Assembly: GCA_963422385.1 (NCBI GenBank)
Contig: OY729432.1
Location: 1,109,666 to 1,173,665 of the forward strand
Length of the DNA: 64,000 nucleotides
From: Candidatus Binatia bacterium
Lineage (GTDB): Bacteria > Desulfobacterota > Binatia > UBA9968 > JAJDTQ01
Direction: 5' to 3'
The translations under genes were made by a program, and so were the position numbers. Of this stretch, positions 18,775 through 28,911 are shown in pieces; the first letter of the stretch is position 1; each line of letters opens with the position of its first letter. The notes below the pieces were generated by a model. The model was not told the origin of the DNA. It searched no databases and saw nothing but the letters and a program-made list of their open reading frames with translations.

Positions 18775-18800
18775 GGGGAGAGGGCGGATGCCCTCTCCCC
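18775..18800. terminator. GC-rich hairpin (11-bp perfect stem, GGAT loop) between convergent selD and the SBP gene
   Basis: ggggagagggc-ggat-gccctctcccc. It has no clear U-tract, so rho-independent function is uncertain. Confidence 0.4.
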
Positions 18801-18835
18801 GGATAGCGTCAACGGGTGGACCTGAGGAAGGTCTC

Positions 18836-19882
18836 CTACTTCTTTTTCCGCACCAGAAAGCTCAGCGCGTCCTTGGACTCCGCGGACATGCCGAGAATCT
18901 GACTGACGTACTCCTCTATATCCCGGCCCGAGACGTAGTCGATGATGAGCTTGGCATCCTCGGCCTCCTTGAGAAACCGCGGATCCTGCAACGTCTTCTT
19001 GAAGCCGTCCCGTAGTTGCTGAAGCTGCTTCGCGGGGACGCCGGGCGGGGCCACGAACGGACGCTGAAACTCATACTGGTTGACCCATCCCTTGTAGGTC
19101 TCGGTGTGTTTCTTGCCACCCCGCTTTGCGATCAAATCCGGGATGATCAGCGAGTTCTTGAGTTCCGGGTCGGGGATCCTCCGGTGCGTGAGCACGGGGG
19201 TCAACTTGTCCGGCCCCTTGGCATCGAGCATGGACCGTGCCGTAACCCGGATGGATTCCCAGCCCCAGCAGGCGCCGGCGATTTCCTTGGCCTGCATGGC
19301 GAGCCGCGACTTGGCGGTTCCGGAATAGCCTGCCACGACATCGAAGTTCGTGCCGATGGTCTTGTTGAGGATCTTCGGCAGGTCGATCCCGGTGGATCCC
19401 GTCCGGGTACCGCCCACCTTGACCGGTTTCTCGGGATCCGTAATGTCCTCGAGCGTAGTCACGCCGGACCAGCCCATGAACACACAGGCTGGTATGCCCT
19501 TGACCGGAGCGCCTATCCAGCTCAACTCTTCGCCCTTGATCCGAACCTTCGTGTCGCCAAGCCCCTGCATGGTCACCAGGCCGCTGTTCCAGACGCCGAG
19601 AACCGTACCGTCGCGTTTGGCCCTCTTCTGGATGTAGTTGGCGGCCACGAGGCTTCCCGCGCCCGTCATGTTCTGCACGATGAAACTCGGGTTTCCCGGA
19701 ATGTGCCTGCCCATGTGGCGCACGACCTGGCGCGTATAGGTGTCATAGCCACCACCGGGTGAGTAGCCGACAATGACCCGGATGGTCTTGCCCTTGAAGA
19801 AGTCATCCGCGGCAGCGACGTTGCCTGCCGTCAGACCGAGAGCCGCCACGAGAGCGACCGCCAATCCTGTTTTTCTGATCAT
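18836..19882 (-). CDS. TctC/Bug-family tripartite tricarboxylate transporter substrate-binding protein
   Basis: A signal peptide and FKGKTIRVIVGYSPGGGYDTYTRQV...VQNMTGAGS, which matches the Bug-family N-terminal signature. Confidence 0.65.
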   Translation of the reverse strand: MIRKTGLAVALVAALGLTAGNVAAADDFFKGKTIRVIVGYSPGGGYDTYTRQVVRHMGRHIPGNPSFIVQNMTGAGSLVAANYIQKRAKRDGTVLGVWNSGLVTMQGLGDTKVRIKGEELSWIGAPVKGIPACVFMGWSGVTTLEDITDPEKPVKVGGTRTGSTGIDLPKILNKTIGTNFDVVAGYSGTAKSRLAMQAKEIAGACWGWESIRVTARSMLDAKGPDKLTPVLTHRRIPDPELKNSLIIPDLIAKRGGKKHTETYKGWVNQYEFQRPFVAPPGVPAKQLQQLRDGFKKTLQDPRFLKEAEDAKLIIDYVSGRDIEEYVSQILGMSAESKDALSFLVRKKK

Positions 19883-20106
19883 ATGAATCCCCCTTAGGTA
19901 TTATTGTTCCAGAGCAAGCCGGATATTCTACACATCCATCGGATTAAAGCCAACCCTGTTCCCGGTTGCGGGTCAACGGTGCCGGCGGCCACTGTCTCCG
20001 GCTACTGCTTTGTGCTAATGGCTTCATGCAGGCATCATGTCCGGGCCAGTGCTCCGCCCGGCGACACGGAACTCCCGGGTCAATCAGAGCCACTTCGGAG
20101 GTTGTC

Positions 20107-20913
20107 ATGCCAAAACTGAACGTCGGCGACGCCGACATCCACTACGAGGTTCAAGGAGACGGTCCCCCCTTCGTCTTCATCGCGGAAACGGCTTGCGACG
20201 GGGACGTGTGGAACATGTTCCAGGTGCCCGAGTTCTCCCGGGACCATCGCACCATCACCACGGATTTCCGCGGCACCGGACGCTCGACCCGGACCCCCAT
20301 GCGCTACACCACCCGCATGTTCGCCGACGACATCGCCGCGGTGATGGACCACCTCGATGCCACCCAGGCCGTTGTATGCGGTCATTCCATGGGCGGCAGG
20401 GTGGCGCAGTTGCTGGCTCTGGAACACCCCGAGCGGGTAAAGAAGCTCATCCTCGCCTCGTCCGGGGCTGCCCATCCCGGCGCCCACGGCATCCCGCTCC
20501 GGATCGCCACGGAGATGGTCGAGATGGGCTACGAGAAATACGTCCGTGACCACTCCATCGAGGTGGGCTGGACCGAGCAGTACGTGAAGGATCACCCGCA
20601 GGAGATCGAGAGCTTCCTCAAGGTGCGCATGCCCAACATGTCCTCGGTGGAGTGCTATTTCAGACACGTCATCGCGCGGCAGGAGCACGACACCCGTGAC
20701 CGGCTCAAGGACATCGCGGCGCCGACCCTGGTGCTTGTGGGCGAGGACGACCACTCGGTGGTCAGCGACATGTCACACCGTAAGGGCGCGGAAATCCTGG
20801 CCGAGGGGATCCCCGACGCCAAGCTCGTGATCCTGCCGGGAGAGCGCCACAGCTACTTCTTCTCGAACCCGGACGCCTCGCACAAGGCCATTCGGGAGTT
20901 TATCGAGGATTGA
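20107..20913 (+). CDS. Alpha/beta hydrolase
   Basis: GHSMGG nucleophile elbow and a conserved Asp/His distal region. Confidence 0.75.
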   Translation: MPKLNVGDADIHYEVQGDGPPFVFIAETACDGDVWNMFQVPEFSRDHRTITTDFRGTGRSTRTPMRYTTRMFADDIAAVMDHLDATQAVVCGHSMGGRVAQLLALEHPERVKKLILASSGAAHPGAHGIPLRIATEMVEMGYEKYVRDHSIEVGWTEQYVKDHPQEIESFLKVRMPNMSSVECYFRHVIARQEHDTRDRLKDIAAPTLVLVGEDDHSVVSDMSHRKGAEILAEGIPDAKLVILPGERHSYFFSNPDASHKAIREFIED

Positions 20914-20942
20914 TTGTCGAACGACGACTCAATGCCCGTCCG

Positions 20943-22307
20943 TCACGCGTGGCGGGCCGCCAACTCGTCGAGGCGCCCTTCGAGCCAGCGGGTGCTGACC
21001 CTGCCGCTGACGTAGTCCGGCTCTTCCATGACCGCGGCCAGGAACGGGATGGTGGTGTCGATGCCGGCGGCGCCGAACCGGGTGAGGGACTGCTTCATGC
21101 GCGCCACCGCCTGCTCGCGGTCATCGCCGTGGACGATGAGCTTGGCCAGCAGCGAGTCATAGAACGGCGGAACCCGATAGCCCGGGAAACACTGGGTGTC
21201 CACCCGGATGCCGGGTCCCTGGGGCGGACGCCACGCGGTCAGGGTCCCGGGGCACGGCATGAACCCCTGCCACGGTGCTTCCGCGGTGATGCGGCACTCG
21301 ATGGCGTGTCCGTTGAAGCGCACATCTTCCTGCGAGAACGACAGCCGTTCGCCTCCGGCCACGCGAATCTGTTCCCGCACGAGATCCAGGCCCGTGATCA
21401 TCTCGGTGACCGGATGCTCCACCTGAATGCGGGTGTTCATTTCGAGGAAGAAGAAATCCTGCCGGTCCTCGTCATAGATGAACTCTACGGTGCCGGCGTT
21501 CTCGTACTTGATCTCCCTGGCGACCTTGTGCCCGGCCTCGCGGATACGTTCCCTGAGCTCCACCGGGATACACGCCGCCGGCGCCTCCTCCACCACCTTC
21601 TGATAACGCCGTTGCAAAGAGCAGTCCCGCTCGCCCACGTGCACCACGTTGCCGAACCGGTCGCCGATGACCTGCACTTCGATGTGCCGGGCGTTGGGGA
21701 TGTAGCGCTCCATGTACAAGGTAGGGTCGCCGAAGGCCGCCCGGGCCTCGGCCGCCGCGGTCCCGAAGGCGGTCTGTAGCTCGCCGTCCTCCCGGACGAT
21801 CTTGATGCCCTTGCCGCCGCCACCGGCCGCCGCCTTCAGCAGCACCGGGTAGCCGACCTCCGCGGCTACCCCCGCCGCCTCCTCGAAGTCGCGGACGTTG
21901 TCGGAGCCGGGGACCAGCGGGACGCCGAACGCTCCCACGGTGGCCCGGGCCAGCAACTTGTTGCCCATCTGGCGAATGCTGTCGGCGCGCGGGCCCACGA
22001 ACGTGATCCCGTGCCTGGCGCAGGCCTCGGCCAACTCCGATTTCTCCGCCAGAAAACCGTAGCCCGGATGGAGGGCGTCGCAACCGGTGCCCAGGGCCGT
22101 GGCCACCAGCGCGTCGACCTTGAGGTAGCTCTCGGTGGACCGGGCCGGACCGATACATACGGTACGGTTCGCAAGACGCGCCGGCATGCTGTCCCGGTCG
22201 GCCTCGGAAACCACCGCCACCGACTCGATGCCCAGTGACTGGCAAGCTCTGATGATGCGGACCGCTATCTCGCCCCGGTTGGCGACCAGGAGACGATTAA
22301 CGGCCAT
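20943..22307 (-). CDS. accC: Acetyl-CoA carboxylase biotin carboxylase subunit
   Basis: MAVNRLLVANRGEIAVRIIRAC and ATP-grasp biotin carboxylase motifs throughout. Confidence 0.9.
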   Translation of the reverse strand: MAVNRLLVANRGEIAVRIIRACQSLGIESVAVVSEADRDSMPARLANRTVCIGPARSTESYLKVDALVATALGTGCDALHPGYGFLAEKSELAEACARHGITFVGPRADSIRQMGNKLLARATVGAFGVPLVPGSDNVRDFEEAAGVAAEVGYPVLLKAAAGGGGKGIKIVREDGELQTAFGTAAAEARAAFGDPTLYMERYIPNARHIEVQVIGDRFGNVVHVGERDCSLQRRYQKVVEEAPAACIPVELRERIREAGHKVAREIKYENAGTVEFIYDEDRQDFFFLEMNTRIQVEHPVTEMITGLDLVREQIRVAGGERLSFSQEDVRFNGHAIECRITAEAPWQGFMPCPGTLTAWRPPQGPGIRVDTQCFPGYRVPPFYDSLLAKLIVHGDDREQAVARMKQSLTRFGAAGIDTTIPFLAAVMEEPDYVSGRVSTRWLEGRLDELAARHA

Positions 22308-22318
22308 GGGGCAGGCTC

Positions 22319-22885
22319 TCAGTTGCCATCAGGCCGCACCAGAAAAAGGGTCTGGCCGTGCTCGACGAACTGGCCGCTTTCCACGCAGACCTCGTCGATG
22401 ATGCCGTCGACGCCGGAGCTCACGGCGTTGAAGACCTTCATGACCTCCACGAGGCCCACCGTGGTCTCGGCATCCACGTGACCGCCGAGCTTGACGAACG
22501 GCGCGGCGCCGGGCTCCGGCGTGGCGTAAAACGTGCCGACCATGGGCGCGGGAATGGGAACGGTGCCTTCCTTTGCGGTCACCGGCCGGGGATCCGGTGC
22601 GCTCTCGGCCACGGGGGCCGGAGCTGCGGCGGCCGGCGCTTCGACCGCGGGGGCTGCCGCCGCAGCCGGCGCCGCGGGTGCAGCCTGTGCCACGCTGACC
22701 GTTGCAGGCATGGCGGGAACTCCGGACTTGCTGACCGTGAGCTTCAGATCACCAATCTCAAGGTCGAGATAATCGAAGTTCGATTTCTCCACCAAGTCCA
22801 ATATCTGCAGTACTTCATCCTCGGTCAATTGCGTGTCCCTCTCTTCCTGTTCCGCTGGATTGTCGTGTCCTGCCGCGGTGGGCAT
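22319..22885 (-). CDS. accB: Biotin carboxyl carrier protein
   Basis: C-terminal biotinyl domain with the EVMKVFNAV (E[AV]MK[ML]) motif and an Ala/Pro-rich linker; it lies directly upstream of accC. Confidence 0.8.
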   Translation of the reverse strand: MPTAAGHDNPAEQEERDTQLTEDEVLQILDLVEKSNFDYLDLEIGDLKLTVSKSGVPAMPATVSVAQAAPAAPAAAAAPAVEAPAAAAPAPVAESAPDPRPVTAKEGTVPIPAPMVGTFYATPEPGAAPFVKLGGHVDAETTVGLVEVMKVFNAVSSGVDGIIDEVCVESGQFVEHGQTLFLVRPDGN

Positions 22886-23136
22886 GAAGACGCGAAAGCC
22901 CTGAATGCGCGGCTATTCTTAACAAGAATCCGAATCGGGCGTCAACCGGGACACGGGCCGGCTCGTTGCTTGCCGACCGGCGGCGACGAGGCCCGTGTCA
23001 GGGAACTTCCGCATCGTCGAGGCTTTTCCACGAAACCGACGGACCGTCGCCGGCAGAACGAACCGGCGTGTGCAAAAACTTGTGGGGGGCTCGGAAACCT
23101 GATAAAGACAATTTCTTGGTAAGGCTCGGTTGAGCC

Positions 23137-23604
23137 GTGCCCGTGAACCCGGCGAATCACAGGAAAGAAGCGGTTTCGATGCCGAAGCGTCAAGGCAACA
23201 ACCCCAAGCGTCGAATCGCTCCGAAGAACGGAACCGATCGGCAGTTTCTGGATCGTCTCGCGGGCCAAGCGGTCTATATTGGCAGCTCGCATCACAAGCG
23301 CTTTCCCGCCGACTACGGGTTTCAACCGCCGGTGAATCCGCGTCCGAACAAGTCGATATGCGACGGCAGCCGAGTGATCAAGCGCGCCGAGGCAACATCG
23401 CCCTTTCGGGAAGGCATCAGGCGAGGCATGATCAGCACCTATTGTGAAGGAGAGCTACCGAAATACGTCTGGGCAGTGGATGGGAATGGCCGCGTATACG
23501 AGGCGAAGCGTGACGGAGACAGGACGACCTATCACGGATATGAGCTTGGCGACGACGAAAGCGCCATGAAGAAACTTGTCGCCAAGGAGTGGCACGCCAG
23601 ATGA
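23137..23604 (+). CDS. Hypothetical protein in a low-GC islet. The start is probably internal (MPKRQ at 23179).
   Basis: Low local GC; motifs HHKRFP, ICDG and YCEGELPKYVWAVDGNGRVYEAK...YHGYEL; no family recognised with confidence. Confidence 0.4.
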   Translation: MPVNPANHRKEAVSMPKRQGNNPKRRIAPKNGTDRQFLDRLAGQAVYIGSSHHKRFPADYGFQPPVNPRPNKSICDGSRVIKRAEATSPFREGIRRGMISTYCEGELPKYVWAVDGNGRVYEAKRDGDRTTYHGYELGDDESAMKKLVAKEWHAR

Positions 23605-24962
23605 GCGGCGAACTCACAGTGTCGCTGTCCTCCGAGTCTCTTGACTTTGGATCGCCGGAAGAACGAGCGACATTCGGTCTGTTTGCGATGACGGCGAACG
23701 GGCGCCTGCTGACCGCCGGGGAAGATGTGGGAAACAAGGAACTTCGTCATGGTCCGTATGTTTCCGGGTATCCTATCGCGGAATGGCTGGTGTGGAACTG
23801 GTGGCGGATTCGGTGGGAGACCGGTCGTCCTTCGAACGAAGACGCCTTGTCGCGTTGGGAATTCGCGCATCGGATGTCAACCATCGGCGAAGGCTATGCG
23901 TGGCCCAACATCACGATTTTTTCCGACGGGGTGCAATCCTTTCTCGACTCCCAACCTTCGTCGGGTCCTGAATCAGTTCACTTCCCCTACTTCGGAGCAC
24001 AGAGGCGCCAAGCGGTTCCGGCGGTCAATCTGGAGGCTGCGATAGACGGATTCGTGGACGATGTATTGAACCGGCTTGAGCAGGCGAAAGTTCACGAAGG
24101 CAATCTTCATTGTCTGTGGAGAGAGCTCCAAACGGAGAGGGAAAATCCCGAACTCACGCGTTTCCGACGACTAGAAGCGCAACTCGGCCACGAGCCGGGC
24201 GAAGCCGATGAGGGTCGGTTCTGCATGTACCTCAACGACGCCACGAAACTGGGAGAAGAGGCGTTGGGGGAAATTGCCGCTGACGCGATGTATGGCGATG
24301 GCGATACAAACAGCATGATCCGAGCAAGCAATTTCGCGGAGATCGCCGAGCAGCACGGTTTCGAGGCCAACCCGAAAGATGCGATCAAATTGAACGATAT
24401 GACCGGCGTACCCCAACCGGGACAGGTCGAAGCTTGGCGTTTGGGAGAGCGTTGTGCAAAGCTCATTCGCGATCAGGAAAATCGGCACGGGCTGCCGATT
24501 GACGACAGAACCTTAACCGCCTTCGCGGGAACGACGAACAGTGCAATTTCGGGACAAAACGGTAATCCGTGTAAAGTGTCCTTCGCTCTGGATGGGGGAA
24601 ACGGTCGTTCCCACGTATGGCTCCGGTCGCGATGGGAAACGGGCCGACGTTTCGACCTCGCCCGACTCATCGGCGATCGCTTGCTGCGCATACGGCTGAA
24701 CGGGTCCACTGAATCACTACTTCCCGTGACGCGCGCATCTACCTACCGGCAGAAGATGCAGCGTGCATTCGCTGCGGAACTTCTGAGTCCGTTCGCGGAC
24801 ATGGACGACATGATGAGCGGCGACTATTCAGAAGAGAAACAAAACGAAGTCGCGGAATACTTCAAGGTTTCGTCCATGACCATTCAGACTCAACTGGTAA
24901 ATCACCATCGTATTGATCCCGACGATGCGCCGGATATTGTCGATCGTTCTCCTGCTTTGTGA
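23589..24962 (+). CDS. Hypothetical protein (457 aa) in a low-GC islet, with a C-terminal HTH-like segment
   Basis: Overlaps the upstream gene by 16 nt. The C-terminus has RAFAAELLSPF (an ImmA/IrrE-like post-HEXXH motif, but no HEXXH is found) and VAEYFKVSSMTIQTQLVN, which is HTH-like. Confidence 0.45.
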   Translation: MARQMSGELTVSLSSESLDFGSPEERATFGLFAMTANGRLLTAGEDVGNKELRHGPYVSGYPIAEWLVWNWWRIRWETGRPSNEDALSRWEFAHRMSTIGEGYAWPNITIFSDGVQSFLDSQPSSGPESVHFPYFGAQRRQAVPAVNLEAAIDGFVDDVLNRLEQAKVHEGNLHCLWRELQTERENPELTRFRRLEAQLGHEPGEADEGRFCMYLNDATKLGEEALGEIAADAMYGDGDTNSMIRASNFAEIAEQHGFEANPKDAIKLNDMTGVPQPGQVEAWRLGERCAKLIRDQENRHGLPIDDRTLTAFAGTTNSAISGQNGNPCKVSFALDGGNGRSHVWLRSRWETGRRFDLARLIGDRLLRIRLNGSTESLLPVTRASTYRQKMQRAFAAELLSPFADMDDMMSGDYSEEKQNEVAEYFKVSSMTIQTQLVNHHRIDPDDAPDIVDRSPAL

Positions 24963-25273
24963 TTGATACGCCCCTGAAGGCAACGCCGCCACCTCCAGCG
25001 ATCTGCGCCATTGCGCCGGCCTGCGAAGCCCGAATCCCCGCTCGAAATCGACCTGAACCGGTCATCCACGATTTTCGACGACGCGCCAGGATTGATCCTA
25101 TCGCCGTCCGCAGCAACCCGTCTCCAAAGCTCCGGTCCACTGTTCCGGACCACATGGACCTTGTCGGCCGAGTCGTACATCGACGAAACAGAACCCTGGA
25201 CTCTTCAATGGAGACGTACTATTCTGACTGCCCGTCGGCGTCCAACGCCGGACAAAATCGTGGGAGGCAAGTC

Positions 25274-25933
25274 ATGGGAGACACAATCACGTTCAAAAGG
25301 CCCGACGGCAACGAGGCATCCGGCTATTGCGCTTCGGCCGGCGACAACGCGCCGGGCATGGTGGTGATCCAGGAATGGTGGGGCGTGAACGATCAGATCA
25401 AGGGCGTCGCCAACCGGCTGGCGGGTCTAGGATACACCTCGCTGGTACCCGACCTCTACCGCGGCAAAGTGACCGTCGAAGCGGAAGAAGCCAGCCACAT
25501 GATGCAGAACCTCGATTTCGCGGATGCGACCACCGATGTATGCGGAGCGGTGGAGCATCTGAAGCAAAGCTGTCCCAAGGTGGGGGTCATCGGCTTCTGC
25601 ATGGGCGGGGCTCTGACGGTGCTGGCGGCGGTGTACGCCAAGGCCGCTGACGCAGCTTGCTGCTGGTACGGGGTTCCCCCGGAAGAAGCGGCCGACACGC
25701 GCACCATCTCGATTCCTTTCCAGGGCCATTTCGCGCTGGAGGATGGATTCTTCACCCCGGATAAGGTGGATGCCCTGGAAGCGCGCCTCAAGGAGGGCAA
25801 CGTCACGCACGAGATCTACCGCTACCAGGCGCAGCATGCGTTCGGTAACGAAACCGGGGCAGCCTACAACGCCGATGCCGCCAACCTGGCGTGGGAGAGG
25901 AGCACGAACTTCCTGGCCAGACACCTCAAGTAA
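25274..25933 (+). CDS. Dienelactone hydrolase family protein
   Basis: MVVIQEWWGVNDQIKGVANRLAGLGYTSLVPDLYRG and the GFCMGG nucleophile motif. Confidence 0.8.
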   Translation: MGDTITFKRPDGNEASGYCASAGDNAPGMVVIQEWWGVNDQIKGVANRLAGLGYTSLVPDLYRGKVTVEAEEASHMMQNLDFADATTDVCGAVEHLKQSCPKVGVIGFCMGGALTVLAAVYAKAADAACCWYGVPPEEAADTRTISIPFQGHFALEDGFFTPDKVDALEARLKEGNVTHEIYRYQAQHAFGNETGAAYNADAANLAWERSTNFLARHLK

Positions 25934-26075
25934 CCGGCTCGGGGCCTGTGGCAGGGGCGAGCTTGAAACCCGCCCCCGCACCTTGTTGTCGCGGCCTGCC
26001 GACAGTGAGGAGCCCCGCACATGTTGCCGCGCGTAACAGGCCGCCGGTTCCCGTCATGACGAAAGGGAGACAGCC

Positions 26076-27167
26076 ATGGCAACCTTCCCCATCATCGATG
26101 CCGACGGTCACGTACAAGAGAAGTTCGCGCCTTGGGAGGATCTGCTGGAGGGGCACTACAAGAAGAGGGCGCCAAGGGTGGTGGACTCCGACGGCCGCCA
26201 GCAACTGCTCATGGAGGGCCGTATCTGGGCCAAGCCCTCGGGGGTGGGTTGCGGCATCGGCGCCGTGCCCCACAACCGCTCGCCGCAGCCCACCACCGGC
26301 ATGTGGGACCCCGCACAGCGGCTCAAGGACATGGACCTCGAGCAGATCGAGATCTCGGTCAACTTCGGCACCACCGTTTTCCTGAGCCTGCCGTTCCTGA
26401 AAGACAAGGACTACGCCTGCGCCGTCGCCAAGGCCTACAACAACTGGCTCCACGAGTACTGCCGCACCGCTCCGGAACGGCTCAAGGGCGTGGCGTGCGT
26501 GCCCATGCAGGATCCGGCGGAGGCCGCCGCCGAGTTGCGGCGCTGCGTCACGGATCTCGGCTTCGTGGCTGCGGCCACCTCGGCCCACTCCGCCGGGCGC
26601 AATCTCGACCATCCCGACTTCGACCCGTTCTACGCCACGGCCGAGGAGCTGGGCGTTCCGGTGTGCGTCCACGTGGGCTCGGGCAGGCCGGCGGCGGCCG
26701 CCGATCGCTTCGACAACGCGCTGTTCGTGCACGCCACCACCCACCCCTTCGAGCAGATGATCGGCGTGATGTGCGTCATCGGCGGCGGCGTCCTGGAGAA
26801 ATTCCCGAAGCTCAAGGTGGCGTTTCTCGAAGCCGGCGCCGGCTGGGTACCCTTCTGGATGGAACGCCTGGACGAGCACTACGAGTACATGCAAGCGGCC
26901 GTGCCGCTCCTGACCATGCCTCCGAGCGAATACATACGCAAGCGGGACGTCTACTTCTCGTTCGAGCCGGACGAGACCACCCTGCCCTATGTCATGGACT
27001 TCATCGGCGACGACCGTCTGGTGTTCGCCTCGGACTACAACCACGGCGACTGCAAGTTCCCCAACGTGGTGAAAGAGGTACTGGACCGGGACGACATCGC
27101 GGCCGACTCGTTGCCCAGGATCATGGGCGGAAACGCGCGGAGGCTCTACAACATCGCGTCGGGCTGA
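26076..27167 (+). CDS. Amidohydrolase-2 family protein (ACMSD-like decarboxylase/hydrolase)
   Basis: IIDADGHV metal-binding start and a TIM-barrel amidohydrolase_2 pattern. Confidence 0.8.
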   Translation: MATFPIIDADGHVQEKFAPWEDLLEGHYKKRAPRVVDSDGRQQLLMEGRIWAKPSGVGCGIGAVPHNRSPQPTTGMWDPAQRLKDMDLEQIEISVNFGTTVFLSLPFLKDKDYACAVAKAYNNWLHEYCRTAPERLKGVACVPMQDPAEAAAELRRCVTDLGFVAAATSAHSAGRNLDHPDFDPFYATAEELGVPVCVHVGSGRPAAAADRFDNALFVHATTHPFEQMIGVMCVIGGGVLEKFPKLKVAFLEAGAGWVPFWMERLDEHYEYMQAAVPLLTMPPSEYIRKRDVYFSFEPDETTLPYVMDFIGDDRLVFASDYNHGDCKFPNVVKEVLDRDDIAADSLPRIMGGNARRLYNIASG

Positions 27168-27191
27168 ACCCGGACAGGACGGAGACAAGCC

Positions 27192-28211
27192 ATGATCCCG
27201 AAGACCATCGATTCGGACGCCCACGTCATCGAGATTCCCTTCACCTGGGAATTCATGACCGAGGCCGAACGAAGGTACGCGCCCTTCCCGGTCACGCAGG
27301 ACGGCGGCACCGAGTACTGGGTGGTGGATAGCCGGCTGCATCCCAAGAACAACAACATCGGCGCCAACACCTCCGCCGATCAGCGCGAGTTGCGCGACCT
27401 CGACGCCAGGCTCAAGCACATGGACGAGCTGGAGGTGGACGTGCAGGTGCTCTACCCCACGTTGATGCTGCGCCCCTACACCCGGAGCCGAGCCACCGAA
27501 CTGGCCATGTGCAAGAGCTACAACCGCTGGCTGGCCGAAATCTGGAAGAAGGGTCGAGGGCGGCTGCGGTGGGTAGCCATGCCTCCACTGCTCTCCATGG
27601 ACATGCTACGGGACGAGTTGGGCTTCGCCAGGGACAACGGCGCCTGCGGCATCTTCATGCGCGGGGTCGAGTACGAGAAGCGTCTGAGCGATCCCGACCT
27701 GTTCCCGCTCTACGAGATCGCCACGAAGCTGGATCTCCCCATCTGCGTCCACGCCGGCACCAACAGCAGCGCCATCCACGACCTCTACGAGGGCGAGACC
27801 GGGTTCTCGCGCTTCAAGCTGCCGGTAGTGGGGACCTTCCACTCGCTCCTCATGGACGGAACCCCCGCGCTCTTCCCCAAGCTCCGCTGGGGCTTCGTCG
27901 AGGTGAGCGCCCAGTGGGTGCCCTACGCCCTGAACGACCTCCGGCTCCGCTTGCAGAAGCTGGGAAGGCCGGTCCCGAACAACATCATGGCCGAGAACCG
28001 CATGTACGTGGCCTGCCAGACCAGCGACGACCTTCCGGTCATCCTCAAGGACGCGGGCGAGGACAATCTCGTCATCGGCACCGACTACGGCCACAACGAC
28101 ACATCGAGTCAGATCGAGGCGCTGCGCATGCTCCGCAGCGACGGTTCGGTGCCGGCCGGAATCATCGACAAGATCCTCGGCGACAACGCGCGGGCGTTGT
28201 ACGGACTCTGA
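27192..28211 (+). CDS. Amidohydrolase-2 family protein
   Basis: IDSDAHVIE ... VHAGT ... DYGHND metal-ligand pattern. Confidence 0.8.
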   Translation: MIPKTIDSDAHVIEIPFTWEFMTEAERRYAPFPVTQDGGTEYWVVDSRLHPKNNNIGANTSADQRELRDLDARLKHMDELEVDVQVLYPTLMLRPYTRSRATELAMCKSYNRWLAEIWKKGRGRLRWVAMPPLLSMDMLRDELGFARDNGACGIFMRGVEYEKRLSDPDLFPLYEIATKLDLPICVHAGTNSSAIHDLYEGETGFSRFKLPVVGTFHSLLMDGTPALFPKLRWGFVEVSAQWVPYALNDLRLRLQKLGRPVPNNIMAENRMYVACQTSDDLPVILKDAGEDNLVIGTDYGHNDTSSQIEALRMLRSDGSVPAGIIDKILGDNARALYGL

Positions 28212-28236
28212 AAGCGACTCCGCGGTCAAGGAAACC

Positions 28237-28866
28237 TCACCTCCACGGCGGCGGGTTGCCCCATTCGTCGTAGTAGGTGGTCTCGGAGGTGGGACAGCGG
28301 GCGGTGGTGCCGAACCGGCCTTCCGGATAACCCAGCGGAATGCAGCAGTGGACCTCGGCTTCCGGCGGGAGCCCGAACAGTTCGTGAATCCGGTCGGTGA
28401 CACACGGATGCAGTGTGGTCAACACCGACCCGATGCCCAGGGCCCGTGCGGCCAGCATCAGGTTCTGCGCCGCGGGGAGGACGGAACCGGCCTGTCCCGG
28501 TGAGGTGGAGACCGCCAGCACCACCACGGGCGCGTCCTTCATGGCCTCCGCCAGCCGCATGGGCGGCAGATGCCGGTCGCCCGGCTGAGCGTTCTCGGGG
28601 CTCCAGCCCTCCGGCTGCTTCGCCCACCACGCCTCGCGATACAGCTCGGCGAATCTCCGTATCTTCTCCCGGTTACGCACTACCAGGAACCGCCCTCTGT
28701 GCTCGTTGCGCGCGTTGGGCGCCTTGGACGCCGCATCCATCAAGGTTCGGATGTCATCATCGCCAATGGGATCCGGCCTGAGCCTGCGGATGGCCCGCTG
28801 GGTGAACATGACCTCCCCAAGGCTCATATCGAGATGTTCGGGCGGATCGAGTCTCACCATCGCCAT
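28237..28866 (-). CDS. Nitroreductase family protein
   Basis: FTQRAIRRLRPDPI N-terminus and the FMN-binding nitroreductase fold. The start is at MAMVRL; the longer listed ORF is an upstream extension. Confidence 0.8.
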   Translation of the reverse strand: MAMVRLDPPEHLDMSLGEVMFTQRAIRRLRPDPIGDDDIRTLMDAASKAPNARNEHRGRFLVVRNREKIRRFAELYREAWWAKQPEGWSPENAQPGDRHLPPMRLAEAMKDAPVVVLAVSTSPGQAGSVLPAAQNLMLAARALGIGSVLTTLHPCVTDRIHELFGLPPEAEVHCCIPLGYPEGRFGTTARCPTSETTYYDEWGNPPPWR

Positions 28867-28911
28867 CGTTCCGGTCCCCTTTCTCCTTCGCAAGATTGCG
28901 CCGGGGAACGA

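Noticed and set aside
18655-18835. tRNA-Sec (selC) near the sel operon
   Set aside because: No cloverleaf-compatible ~95-nt sequence was recognisable in the flanking intergenic regions; the region only contains a GC hairpin.
25926-27419. 497-aa minus-strand ORF across two amidohydrolase genes
   Set aside because: Antisense low-complexity ORF; the sense-strand amidohydrolases have clear metal-binding motifs.
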